Assembly (NCBI GenBank): GCA_051294905.1
Contig: CM119384.1
Span: forward strand, 23,932,001 to 23,996,000
Direction of reading: 5' to 3'
Length of the DNA stretch: 64,000 bases
Source: Botryllus schlosseri
Taxonomy: Eukaryota
Shown: positions 38,829 through 49,799 of the stretch, piece by piece
How positions within the stretch are numbered: position 1 is the first letter of the stretch
Layout: each line of letters begins with the position of its first letter
Position numbers and translations under genes: made by a program
Notes under the pieces: generated by a model
Databases searched by the model: none
Told to the model about the DNA's origin: nothing
Seen by the model: the letters and a program-made list of their open reading frames with translations, nothing else

Positions 38829-41800
38829 TGTAGTGTCTTGGCATTGTGGGTAGGAGTCACATGACCGTGGTGCGCGCGTATGCATGAGAGGGATAGTGAA
38901 GCGGGGGATAGAGTGATAGCGGAGTGAATAAAGGATCGGAATAAGACTGCATATACGTGTGATATCGGACACCGGGTAGGATACTACATTTGGCGACGAG
39001 GATAACGTGTTCTGAGACAATGGCGGATGAGAATAATCATGAGGATGTTGCAGGAAACTTGGCCGGGGCAGCTAGCACTGTCGAATATAGCGCTAGTCCC
39101 ATGCCAAAATTTGAGATGACTGGAGATCCCACTGAGATTGCCACCAATTGGAAAAGGTGGAAAAGGGGATTTGGCCTGTACACATCAGTGAAACGCATCA
39201 CAGCCGATGAAAGGAAAGTCTCGGAATTGCTGCACACAGGTGGCTTCGATTTGCAGGATCTATATTATTCACTAGTCCCAGAGACTGAGGTTAAAACCTA
39301 TGCCGAGGTGATTGAAAAACTTGACGAGTATTTATTACCGAAAGGCAATGCTGCTTTCGAAAGATACCTCTTCAGGCAAGTGGAACAAAATCCACAAGAA
39401 ACTATCCATCAGTATGTTTGTAGACTGAAGCAAAAAGCTAAGTCTTGCAATTTTAAAGATGAAGACGAAGCAATATGTGATCAGGTATTGGAAAAGTGTA
39501 CAGATAGTTCGCTGAAAAGGAAACTGCTTGAGAAAAGTACTGCATTAAAACTACCCGATTTATTGCAAATATCTGTAGCGCATGAAGAAGTTACTAGGCA
39601 CCTTATGACCATGAGTCAGCAAGAAGAGTGTGCTGCCGTAAGTGATGACCGTCACAGTCACACAGGCTCCGGTAGAGGGCGAAAAATTACTCGGTCAAGG
39701 CGTAGCAGTGACAGAAAGAGAGTTGATACTTCCGTGCGTTGTTATCGCTGTGACGAAACTGGTCATATCTCGACTGACGTGTCTTGTCCGGCCAGGAAGA
39801 AGAACTGCGGTCGCTGTGGAAAAAAAGGTCATTTTGAAAAGCGCTGCAGATCCAGACGACCGGCATACCGAGTTAAAGAAACGTTCTCTTCAGATGGATC
39901 TAGTAACTCGTCAGATGATCAGGAGGACACAATCTGCAATGTGCACAAGGTTCAGAGGAGTAATTCAAAAACTGCCTACTCCACTGAGGTTGGGGGTAAG
40001 GATACTAGCAATGGATTTATTGACTTGACATTGGGGGGAGTTAAATTACAAAGACTCATGATTGACAGTGGCTCAGGTGTCAACACAGTGGATAAACCCA
40101 CATGGAAATACTTGATATCCAAAGGCTTCAGACACAAAGTGGTTAAGAAAGATGGCAATTTGTTTGCTTATGGACAGGATATACCATTGAGTGTATGGCG
40201 TGTATTCCATGTCCGTGTCAAGTGTAAAGAAACGACGAGATCATGCAAATGTAAGTTTTACGTGATTAATAAACGTGCAAAGCCGCTGTTAAGGAAAAGA
40301 GCTGCGGAAGCATTAAATCTGCTGCGAGTTGGACCTCCAACAGATGAGCTAGCTGGAGAAGTTGTACTACAGCAAAAGGACATTCGTGAGAAAATGTTGA
40401 AACAATTCCCGGCTGTGTTCAATGGTATTGGCAAGCTGAAGAATTATCAGCTGCACCTGCACATAGATGGTGATGTCAGACCAGTAGCCCAATCTTGCAG
40501 GCCTATTCCATATGGCTATCGAGACTTGGTTGCAAGAAAATTGGAGGAGTTGCAGGAACACGGGATAATTGAACCCGTACCGAATAGTCCGACGACTTGG
40601 GTATCTCCTTTGCATGTTGTCCCAAAAGCAAATGGGGATGTTCGCCTTTGTGTGGACATGAGGATGGCCAACAAGGCAATTGTGCGAGAGCGTCACCCAA
40701 TTCCAACTGTGGAAGACGTACTCAATGAACTGTCTGGGGCAAAATTCTTTTCTAAGATTGATCTCAAATGGGGATTTCACCAGATAGAACTTGATGAGGA
40801 GTCGAGAGAGATCACAACATTTGTGACCCACGAAGGACTTTTTCGCTATAAAAGGCTCATGTTTGGTATAAGCAGTGCACCCGAGAAGTACAACAAGATT
40901 GTGACTGATATGCTGAGAGACTGTTTTGGGGTAAAAAGCATAGCTGATGATTTAATTGTTTTTGGGGCTAGCAAAGAGCAACATGACAAGAACCTGATAG
41001 GAGTCCTGAAGAGACTCGAGGATGTGGGACTGACTGTTAATGCTGATAAATGCACGTTCGGTTTTCGAAAACTCACATTTTTTGGGCACGACCTTAGTGC
41101 AGATGGAGTTTCTCCCAGTGCAGAGAAAGTGGAGGCGATTAGGAGTGCTAAACATCCTCGGACGGCAGCTGAGGTACGCTCGTTTTTGGGATTGGTTCAG
41201 TACTCTTCCAAGTTTTTACCCGATTTCTCACAAACTGCTGAGCCTGTGAGGATGCTTACAAGAAACGGTGCTACCTTCGTGTGGGGGAAGACTCAGAAAA
41301 AATCATTCGAGTTACTGAAAGAAATGATTACAAAACCAATGACACTGGGATATTTTCGCAATGACTGCCAAACCAGAATAATAACAGATGCTGGTCCGGC
41401 TGGGTTAGGTGGCGTTTTGACACAGCTCCAAGATGGACACTGGAGAGTCATTTCATATGCGTCACGTTGTTTGAGCGAAGTGGAACGCAGATATTCCCAG
41501 ACAGAAAAGGAGGCTCTGGCAATTGTTTGGGGATGCGAAAGATTCAACCTATATGTGTATGGAAGGAAATTCGAGATTGAAACAGACCATAAGCCTCTCG
41601 AGTTCATTTATGGGGCGAAGTCGAAGCCTTCCGCTCGAATTGAAAGATGGGTGCTCCGATTGCAGGGGTATGACTACAAAGTTGTATATCGACCGGGAAA
41701 AGGAAATATTGCTGATGCATTGTCACGATTGAATCCGACTAAGCAGAATGATCATAGTGGATCAAGACAGGATTGGGTACGCGCAGTCGTCAAGGCATCC

Positions 41801-43499
41801 ATGACAGGCAGCTTGTCAATAAAGGAGATTGAGGATGAATCTGGAAAAGATGAGGAACTACTTACGTTAAAAGAGTTCATCAAGTCTGGAAATTGGAAAA
41901 CTTGCAAGATGCCAGGATATCTTGGGGTTTTTGAGGAATTATGCGTTTCTGGAAACTTGATATTACGAGGAAATCGCATAATCATACCGAGAAGTCTGCG
42001 GCCGCAGATACTGAAAATCGCTCATGAGGGGCACCAAGGTATTGTTAAAACAAAGAATCTCTTGCGCACAAAAGTTTGGTGGCCAAAACTTGACAAAGAT
42101 GCGGAGAGAATGTGCAGAGCCTGTTATGGCTGTCAAGCAGTTTGTGGATATGCGAAACCTAAACCTATGGAAAGAACTGCTCTACCAACTGGACCATGGC
42201 AGGATCTCGCGGCAGATATCCTTGGCCCTATGCCGACTGGAGAGTCTCTTTTTGTAGTAGTCGATTACTACAGTCGGTTCTTTGAAGTCGTCATCTTGAA
42301 GACAACTACTTCTTCGAAAATCATCAATGCATTAAATGAGATCTTCGCAAGATTCGGACTTCCAGTGTCTTTGAAGACTGATAATGGTAGCCAATTTACA
42401 TCGGAGGAGTTTGAAGACTTCCTTCGTGAATATGGTATACAACATAGAACGTCTCCACCACTCTGGCCACAAGCAAATGGGGAGGTAGAAATACAGAATA
42501 TATCCCTTGGCAAGGCGATGAAAGTGGCGCATGCCGAAGGAAAGCGGTGGCAGGAGGAACTGTTTAAATTCTTGCTGGCATATCGAGCTACCCCGCAATC
42601 GACGACAGGAGTGAGTCCTGCTCAGCTCATGTTTGGAAGGCAAATTCGCAACAAGCTTCCACAGCTTTTGGGAGAAGCCAAACAAACGGATGAGGAAATC
42701 CGTGACAGAGATTGGCAACGTAAAATGAAAGGGAAAATTGAAGCTGATGCAAAACGTGGAGCTGTGAAGTGCAACATATTGCCTGGAGACAAAGTTCTAC
42801 TAAAGAATGACAAGCAAGGAAAGCTGGAACCGAGATTTCGAATTTCACCTTACACTGTGAAAACACGGTGCGGTCAAGAGCTGACTTTGGAATCTAGCGA
42901 TGGAGTTCGATGTCAAAGAAATAGTTCCTTTGTAAAGCCTCTTGTGCAGTTGGAAGAAGATGTAGAGAACGGTTCAGCGAATGATTCTGGAATGAACGAC
43001 TCTGTGAACGAAGGAACTCCTAGTAATAACATGCCTGCAACAGAACAGCCTCCGGTGCCGGTACAGCCATCTCGGGCGATGCCAAAGAGACATCCGAGAA
43101 GGCCTATCAAGTACAAAGACTACGTTTGCGGCAGTGTTTGGTATAGGAGGGGACACAAGTATGGGTAGCTGATTTGTATTTGTATTCGCCATTTATGCAC
43201 ATCATTGTAGGGAACTGAGGTGAGCCTAGCGCCCTCGGGTAAAGACCGTGAAGGTCTGTAGATCTTTCATATTGTTTTGGTGTTGTATTGTATGTTTCCT
43301 TGATATTGCTTTCCTCGAAGAAGGAAAGAGAATGTAGTGTCTTGGCATTGTGGGTAGGAGTCACATGACCGTGGTGCGCGCGTATGCATGAGAGGGATAG
43401 TGAAGCGGAAGCGGGGGGATAGAGTGATAGCGGAGTGAATAAAGGATCGGAATAAGACTGCATATACGTGTGATATCGGACACCGGGTAGGATACTACA
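38829..43499 (+). mobile_element. Full-length young Gypsy element C
   Basis: LTRs at 38829-38988 and 43333-43499 differ only by a 7-nt indel. Perfect TSD TACTG. PBS TGGCGACGAGGAT (tRNA-Ser(GCT)-like). PPT GAAGAAGGAAAGAGAA. Confidence 0.95.
39020..43168 (+). CDS. gag-pol polyprotein of Gypsy element C (single ORF, 1382 aa from the ATG)
   Basis: Uninterrupted ORF with CCHC knuckles (CYRCDETGH, CGRCGKKGHFEKRC), protease MIDSGS, RT KIDLKWGFHQ/IADD, RNase H TDAGP...ETDHKPL, and integrase HHCC plus ADILGP/TDNGSQF/NGEVE. Confidence 0.95.
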   Translation: MADENNHEDVAGNLAGAASTVEYSASPMPKFEMTGDPTEIATNWKRWKRGFGLYTSVKRITADERKVSELLHTGGFDLQDLYYSLVPETEVKTYAEVIEKLDEYLLPKGNAAFERYLFRQVEQNPQETIHQYVCRLKQKAKSCNFKDEDEAICDQVLEKCTDSSLKRKLLEKSTALKLPDLLQISVAHEEVTRHLMTMSQQEECAAVSDDRHSHTGSGRGRKITRSRRSSDRKRVDTSVRCYRCDETGHISTDVSCPARKKNCGRCGKKGHFEKRCRSRRPAYRVKETFSSDGSSNSSDDQEDTICNVHKVQRSNSKTAYSTEVGGKDTSNGFIDLTLGGVKLQRLMIDSGSGVNTVDKPTWKYLISKGFRHKVVKKDGNLFAYGQDIPLSVWRVFHVRVKCKETTRSCKCKFYVINKRAKPLLRKRAAEALNLLRVGPPTDELAGEVVLQQKDIREKMLKQFPAVFNGIGKLKNYQLHLHIDGDVRPVAQSCRPIPYGYRDLVARKLEELQEHGIIEPVPNSPTTWVSPLHVVPKANGDVRLCVDMRMANKAIVRERHPIPTVEDVLNELSGAKFFSKIDLKWGFHQIELDEESREITTFVTHEGLFRYKRLMFGISSAPEKYNKIVTDMLRDCFGVKSIADDLIVFGASKEQHDKNLIGVLKRLEDVGLTVNADKCTFGFRKLTFFGHDLSADGVSPSAEKVEAIRSAKHPRTAAEVRSFLGLVQYSSKFLPDFSQTAEPVRMLTRNGATFVWGKTQKKSFELLKEMITKPMTLGYFRNDCQTRIITDAGPAGLGGVLTQLQDGHWRVISYASRCLSEVERRYSQTEKEALAIVWGCERFNLYVYGRKFEIETDHKPLEFIYGAKSKPSARIERWVLRLQGYDYKVVYRPGKGNIADALSRLNPTKQNDHSGSRQDWVRAVVKASMTGSLSIKEIEDESGKDEELLTLKEFIKSGNWKTCKMPGYLGVFEELCVSGNLILRGNRIIIPRSLRPQILKIAHEGHQGIVKTKNLLRTKVWWPKLDKDAERMCRACYGCQAVCGYAKPKPMERTALPTGPWQDLAADILGPMPTGESLFVVVDYYSRFFEVVILKTTTSSKIINALNEIFARFGLPVSLKTDNGSQFTSEEFEDFLREYGIQHRTSPPLWPQANGEVEIQNISLGKAMKVAHAEGKRWQEELFKFLLAYRATPQSTTGVSPAQLMFGRQIRNKLPQLLGEAKQTDEEIRDRDWQRKMKGKIEADAKRGAVKCNILPGDKVLLKNDKQGKLEPRFRISPYTVKTRCGQELTLESSDGVRCQRNSSFVKPLVQLEEDVENGSANDSGMNDSVNEGTPSNNMPATEQPPVPVQPSRAMPKRHPRRPIKYKDYVCGSVWYRRGHKYG

Positions 43500-45832
43500 T
43501 ACTGCATGTTCAATGTCTTTTGAATAACCCGGCCACCAGCAAGCTTGTGCTGCAAGTCGTCTGGTCTTGGTTATTCCAAGGTGCGATTGGTGAAGGTGCT
43601 TCAGAACATCTTCGCGCAACGGCGGTGGTATGACGAGTCTGCTGCTTTTTAGCAAGAGATTGTCATGTACTGTTAACACGTCTCTGAGATTCCAGAAGAT
43701 ACGCAACGGTCCAATCAAAGTTTCTTTGTTCTTTGGCCATCCCCCAACAACATATGTCATAACAGTCGACAGTGTCTTGTCTTCTTTAAGAGCATTCTTT
43801 ATTTCTCCCAGGCGTCGGTCAGTAGCAGACAGCCCGCTGACCAGAGCACGCACACATGCTTCCGCTTCCTTGTGAAGATCGGTGTCACAACGTCGATAAT
43901 CTTCTGAGACGTTAGCTTGTCAAAGTCGATTTCCGATAGCTTGTACAAAATCTCAGAATCATCTACGCACCCGACAATAAGTTTACCTCGAACGGTTGCG
44001 TCATATACTGCTGGAGGAAATTGGCATTTTCGTGCAGCCTTTCTGACTGCATGTATCCAAGGTGCAAATGATTCACCCTCCTTGCGTTGTAAGAAATGGA
44101 AGAATTGAAGGTGTACTTCAAACCTGCCATCCCGAACCTTGAAACGTTCATCAAACTTCTTCAAGACGGTATCAAGGTCAGTTTTGTCTTCTGCTGCAAC
44201 TGCTTCCACACCGTCTGATTCTGCGACTGCTTCAGCAAACACGAAATCCTCGTATAAATCCTTTCCTTCCTTGCCTATGTAATGCAGTAATAATCCAACT
44301 TTCTGGCGCCCAGATGATTCAGCATGACCTGCTGCATCGATAAAGATCAGGAATTTCTTTTTCCATTCCAGCCAGGCTTCTGCCTCATTCACGGCGCCTA
44401 TTATTGTATCCCCCAGACCTAATACAGTGGCCGCCATAATCTAGTTATTAGGCTAGTTCGAAGTTATCCGCTGCCACCACGTAGTATTATCACTGAGCTT
44501 CTAGCTGTCTACTTAGACAGATACCTTTACAAGTCGGATTCGAAGTGTATTCTCCACCGACCACATGCTTGTCTGTCATCAAAACAATACGGAACCCATC
44601 GCATGCTCAATCAAGCATATCATAACACCACAAATACCCATCATCTGTTTTTATAATGTACACAACACGTCCCAGTATTCCGTTACCACGCCAGCAACCC
44701 ACTTTGGTCCCCGTCGGTAACTACGAGCGTAAACCGAGGAACCAATCTCGAAATGAGTGACTGATTGTCTTGGCGTAACGGGTTTCGATTTGCCGAAGGG
44801 CAAGCACAATCTTAACAAATTGCGCGGCTGTCGACCATTTAAAATCTCGGCAGGCGTTTTCCAGTCTATGCCCGGGTGCGGTGCACATCGGTACGTAGCG
44901 ATAAGTGTTTGGAGCGCAAAGTTGAGATCTTTTCCCCGTCGCAATTTTTTATTGATCCAGCTTTCAAAGTCTGGACGAAACGCTCCGCTTCCCCGTTCCG
45001 TTCGAGGCAGGGTGAAAAGACGGTGATACGATATGGCTGATTGCCAAATTTGAGCAAAACGTATCGAATTCATTCGATGTGAATTGCGGCCCGCCATCCG
45101 TGACAATTGTTATGGGCAAGCCTTCAATAGAGAAGACTTTCCTCAAAGCGTTGACCACACACACAAGGTTGTGGTAGATCCGACATTCATTACTTTAACG
45201 AAAGGATATTTCGAATGCGCATCGACGATGACAAGAAGCATTTTATTGTTTATTGGACCTGCGAAATCTAAGTGACTTCGTTCAAAGCTTTCAGAAGTTT
45301 TTGGCCATTCGCGATACTGGCGATCAGGCGCTTTCATTACTTTGCGGCAAGCGTCGCAACTCTTTACGAGATTTTAAATGTCGCGATTAATGGAAGGCCA
45401 TGCGATGTAACGTCGAGCCATCTGCTTCATTTTCGCGATACCCCAATGTCCTTCGTGCAATGATAAGACTCGCGAGCGAAGTGACTGCGGAATTACAACG
45501 CGCTGAAAACCATCAATATTGAGCATAACTATGTCTTCGTGCAGAGAGCGAATGTTTGCGAGTTGAAAACCAAGAAAAATCATCAATGTGCGCCTTTGAA
45601 TTCCAATTACCATGAGTGACAGTTAATTTTACTAGTTTCATGGTTTTGTCCTTCAGTGTCGCGTCGCGAATTTCATTGCGAGTTAACGGCAAGCCATCGA
45701 ATGCCATATTAATAGCGTGAACGATCTCCGGGTTTTCACGAATTTCCAGTTCGTCAAACTCAGGGTCTGGACCCTTTGGTAGGCGAGATAAACCGTCGGC
45801 GTTTCCATGCTGATTGGTCGGTTTATAGCTCT

Positions 45833-48105
45833 ATATTATCATCCCTCGCGTTGCAGAATTTACAGTTGAGATTGAGCGGTTTGTTGCTTTTATCGAGGAT
45901 CAAATTTCGACTTCTCTTTTTTTCGCCGAATAGGTATCCGTCTCGTGCTACTCTGCGTGCTATTCTGAAGTTTATCATCATCTCTTCGTTTTTGATCGTG
46001 TTGTGTCCGAAGGATTTTGTTACAATGGATTTTTTCTCCACTCTGTTCTCAAGTGGGGCTTATTCTCTTTCATTTTTCAATGGCTTTGTATATCGAGTTT
46101 TGTGTGGCTTCCTGCCATTGTTCATCGCTCCAGCCCATTATCTGCGTTATTTCAAGGTTTTCGATCCACCTTTTTGGGGTAGAGAATTTGTGTAGTTCGG
46201 AATTCTTGTACAGTTTGGGATTGACTTTTTTGATCTTTGTTCCCATTTCATAGATTGCATGCCTATGCCAAATTTCGGTCGCGCATTCGATCTTTTTTAG
46301 AGTCGCAATTTTTTCTACATCGCATGCTTTTGCGCGGGACTCAATGTCGGGTATTCCGAAGCCCCCGTTTTCTTTTTCTGCGATCATTGATTTTCGGGCA
46401 ATTGCCTCCATCTTTTCTGGTGACCATAGAAAGCCGAAGTACATTCTTTCTAGTTCTTTTCGGTCTTCTTTCGGGAGTGGAATGACTCTGGCGTTGTAGA
46501 CGATTTTTGTCGTCGCCATCGAGTTCAATATTGCTTTCTTGCCTGCCCAAGTTAGCTCTCGATTTTTGTGATATCTGGTTTGTCCCGAAATATTGACCTA
46601 GGATTTTTATTGTTGGGTGTTTTAGGTTTTCGTATTGGTCGATATTGTATCCTCGTCTTCGATTGATTTGTAAAATCTCAGTTTTTTCTGGGTTATGTTT
46701 TTGGCCAGTTGCTTTTTCGAATTTTTGGAACTCTCTGAATATGTGTTTGATATCTTCCTCTTTTCGTAGGAAGCAGGTGATATCATCCGCATATTGTTGT
46801 AGTTTTATTTGTTCTTTCCCTATTTGGAATAGTCTGATTTTTTAATCTGCTTCAATTTGCCTTGCCAGAGGGTCGTTGCTTATGGAAAATAGTACCATAC
46901 TTAATACTTAGAGGGCAGCCTTGCCTAATGCCTCTCTCGAGTTTTCTGGCTTTGGTCAGTGCTCCGTTTACCGCGATCTTGGTGCTTGCAGTGTTGTATA
47001 TGTTCTTTACTACGGAAATGTAGTGTTCTGGAATTTCGTATTTCCGCAGGATTTTGTAGAGGTATTTGTGGTGTATTCGATCAAAAGCCTTTTCTTGGTC
47101 GAGGTTGACGATAATCAGTTCTCTTTTTCGTTCTTTGGCATATTCAATGGCGGCTTGTGTTTCGTAGGATATCAGTAATTTGTCTGCTTTTCATGCTTTT
47201 CATCGCACATTTTTGGGATTTGTTTATCAGGTTTGGTAATATCAATTTTATCAGGTTTGGTAATATCAATTTTAGTCTGTTTGCCAGGATGCCTGTTAGT
47301 ATTTTGTATGCCAGGATGCCTGTTAGTATTTTGTAATCAGTGTTTAGTAGTAGGGTTATTGGCCGCCAATTTTTGAAACACTTTGGATCTCTTTTCTTGT
47401 AGATAATAGTGGTTATACCGCATTTCCATGTGTCGCAAAGACCGCCAAAGAGGTATGCGTTGTTGATGACCTCACGAAGATCTTTTTTGATCATACCCCA
47501 GAAGGAAGAGTAAAACTCCTTTGACAGGCCATCCGAGCCCGGAGTCTTATCGTTTTCCATTTCTTTTAAGACTTCTTGCAGTTCACTCTCTTCAATCTGG
47601 GTGTCGAGGTTATCTTTCTCTTCCTGGGATAGTCTTAGGCCGTTTAGGACACTTTCTTGTATCCGCGTATCCTCTTATTTTGTTCTGGTCCACAAAGCCT
47701 TATAGACGTTTTCTATCTCGTGCATCGTTTCGTCTGCAACCATGGTCTCTCTGTCGGAGTCTATTCGGATGCTCTCGACGCTGTTTTTTTTTCTCTTTTC
47801 TTTTTTTTCAACTTCTGGTAAAAATATTTTGTCGGCTTCTCGTTCTGTTCGAGGTCTTTTAGGTCTTTTATTTCATGCATTTTGCATCAAGACTCATTCG
47901 TCTTCTATTCTTTTTAGCTCTCTGATTTCTTTTGATGTTGTCTGCAGCGTTGTTACTGCTAGCGGTGTCGTGTTGGAGCTGCCTCATCTTTTCTTGCAGA
48001 CAGTGGCGGCTCGTGACAATATCGGGTGGTGGGGCAAGGGCCGCAAGCGACTCGTCACAGTAGCGTTTTTCAACGTTCATGATGGTCACATGAATTTCCC
48101 GTAAA
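45833..48105 (-). mobile_element. L1/Tx1-type LINE ORF2 fragment, decayed (copy 1)
   Basis: GSDGLSKEFY, KNWRPITLL, FLWSPEKMEAIARK...GGFGIPD and a CKFC Cys-rich end. Many frameshifts. Truncated at both ends. Confidence 0.85.
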
Positions 48106-48450
48106 CAATGAATGATTTTGGGATTTTTGGTGCGCTTTCACACGCTCTGACAAATGCTTCAGATCGCGATAACCAATTTTGTTCCAACAAGAGCCACTGC
48201 TTCCGGTACCGGAACTGTCGAATAAAAGACAGTAAAAGCAAAACAAGGCGTTTTTATCCTCGCTATAAGTAAGCCATTCATTTTGATCGAAATGCGCTGA
48301 AGAAAAGGCACGAGTGCGTTTTCCTCCGGCGTACGATTGGACCAATTGGCAATTTCTAGGCTGATACGGACCTAGTCGCTTTACCTCTAATTTTTGCTCT
48401 AAAGGCAGCTGGCTAAACGGCGTACGGAGCAAAGATTCAGCACGATTCAT
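48105..48450 (-). pseudogene. hAT transposase N-terminal fragment (TTF-type zinc finger, ZMYM1-like)
   Basis: KRLGPYQP...RAFSSAHFDQNEWLTYSEDKNALFCFYCLLF...HQKSQNH, cut off by the junction with L1 sequence. Confidence 0.8.
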
Positions 48451-49799
48451 GTTCGCACTTGACCTGACTACTTATCTGCAGAAATGGAAATGACTATAAA
48501 TCGAGAGATTGCGTATGCCTTACTGCAAAGGTCAACGAGTTCGGACACATACGCAATTGTTATCTCATAGATTGGACAAGGAAATGTCATATTGAATCCG
48601 AAACATCATTCTGAAGAACTACGGATAGCAGCCTCGGAAATTCGGTCCCGGTACAGCTTGGGAGATTTTGACCTTGAGGCTGGAGATTGTCACACGACAC
48701 ATACGGCTTACGGTCTATAGTGTCTACTGTCTATATGTCTGCTGCAAAATCGCCTTCGGAAAATATATTACCGAATAAATACGTGGATGAAAGCCGAAAA
48801 CTTGGTACACTGTTACATGAAATCATCGAGAAGTAGCCTCATGACCGTTTTCGGTATGGTACACTGTCAAAATTAATACGAATTGATCAACGCCGAATTT
48901 TGCGTAAAATTTAATGAGGAATAGGCTGATCAAGCGATAAGCTGTTAGCCGCCATCGAAAACGAAACAGCTATCGCGCTTGACAAGGGTTGTAATTGTGA
49001 GCAAATGGCCCGAAGGCCACCATTCCACGGTGAAATTGATATTGGAGAATATAAAATAAAACTAAATATTTGAATGCAAACCGAGGATGTTAGTAAACTG
49101 TTTCATGATATCATCATCTCATCACCTATCTCAGTATGGAACACAGATACACCGGCTTTTGCGTGAAATCCGCAATGCGTTAGGTACGCTTAGTGTCAGA
49201 TCAGCGCACATCTCTACCATACTCGAACTTGATAACGAAATTGCTGCCCCAATCATTGAGTGGCAACCTTGAGACTTGGCACAGCGTTCGATACTAAAAT
49301 CAAGACATACCATGTAAAAGCTCATGACGGATCTAGCTAAGGAGCATCGTTAAAATTAATGGAGACCAATACCGGCTTTGCGTGAAATATGTTTGCGATA
49401 CATGACGGATCAGCACACACTCGACTTTGGAAACGGAATTACTACCCTAAACTTTGAGTAGAAACCCTGAAACTTAGGACAGTGTTAAATACCACCATCA
49501 CGACATGACATACCAAGTTTCAAGAATTATCATGGTGTGAAACACCATCAAAATCGACCTATACCAGCAAAGGTCGACTCAACGCATATCACGGTATCCG
49601 AGTTCAGACATAGATACGATTGTTACATCACACCTTAGGGGCGACAGGCATATATGCCCCGGTTGCTCGGCCATTTTAGGAATAGGAGAGAGTATATCAC
49701 CGTTTCTTAATTGTGCGCGGCTTTGAGAGAATAGATAGTGAAAGCTTGTTATGAGCGCTACCGGGGCAAGCCCCGGCTAGGCATTCACAAAGCGAAAAC

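Larger units (their letters stand above)
37467..44632 (-). mobile_element. Gypsy element A, internally deleted (no protease/RT/RNase H)
   Basis: 153-bp LTRs at 37467-37619 and 44480-44632 (5 mismatches counted). PBS TGGTGGCAGCGG (tRNA-Leu-like). PPT at 37620-37631. gag (43870-44437) is joined directly to integrase (43500-43870 and 37990-38828). Flanks AGTAT/AATAC are a possibly mutated TSD. Confidence 0.88.
36941..45830 (-). mobile_element. Gypsy element B (3' LTR + integrase + RNase H end), host of elements A and C; 5' part missing
   Basis: LTR 36941-37196 (TGTTATGTTC...GAACATAACA) with PPT AGGGGAGGAC. Integrase fragments at 44633-45710 (HLDFAGP, NGEAERFVQTLK) and the C-terminal YWRRHKNQL just left of 37467. 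HGNADGLSRLP at ~45780-45810. Confidence 0.8.
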
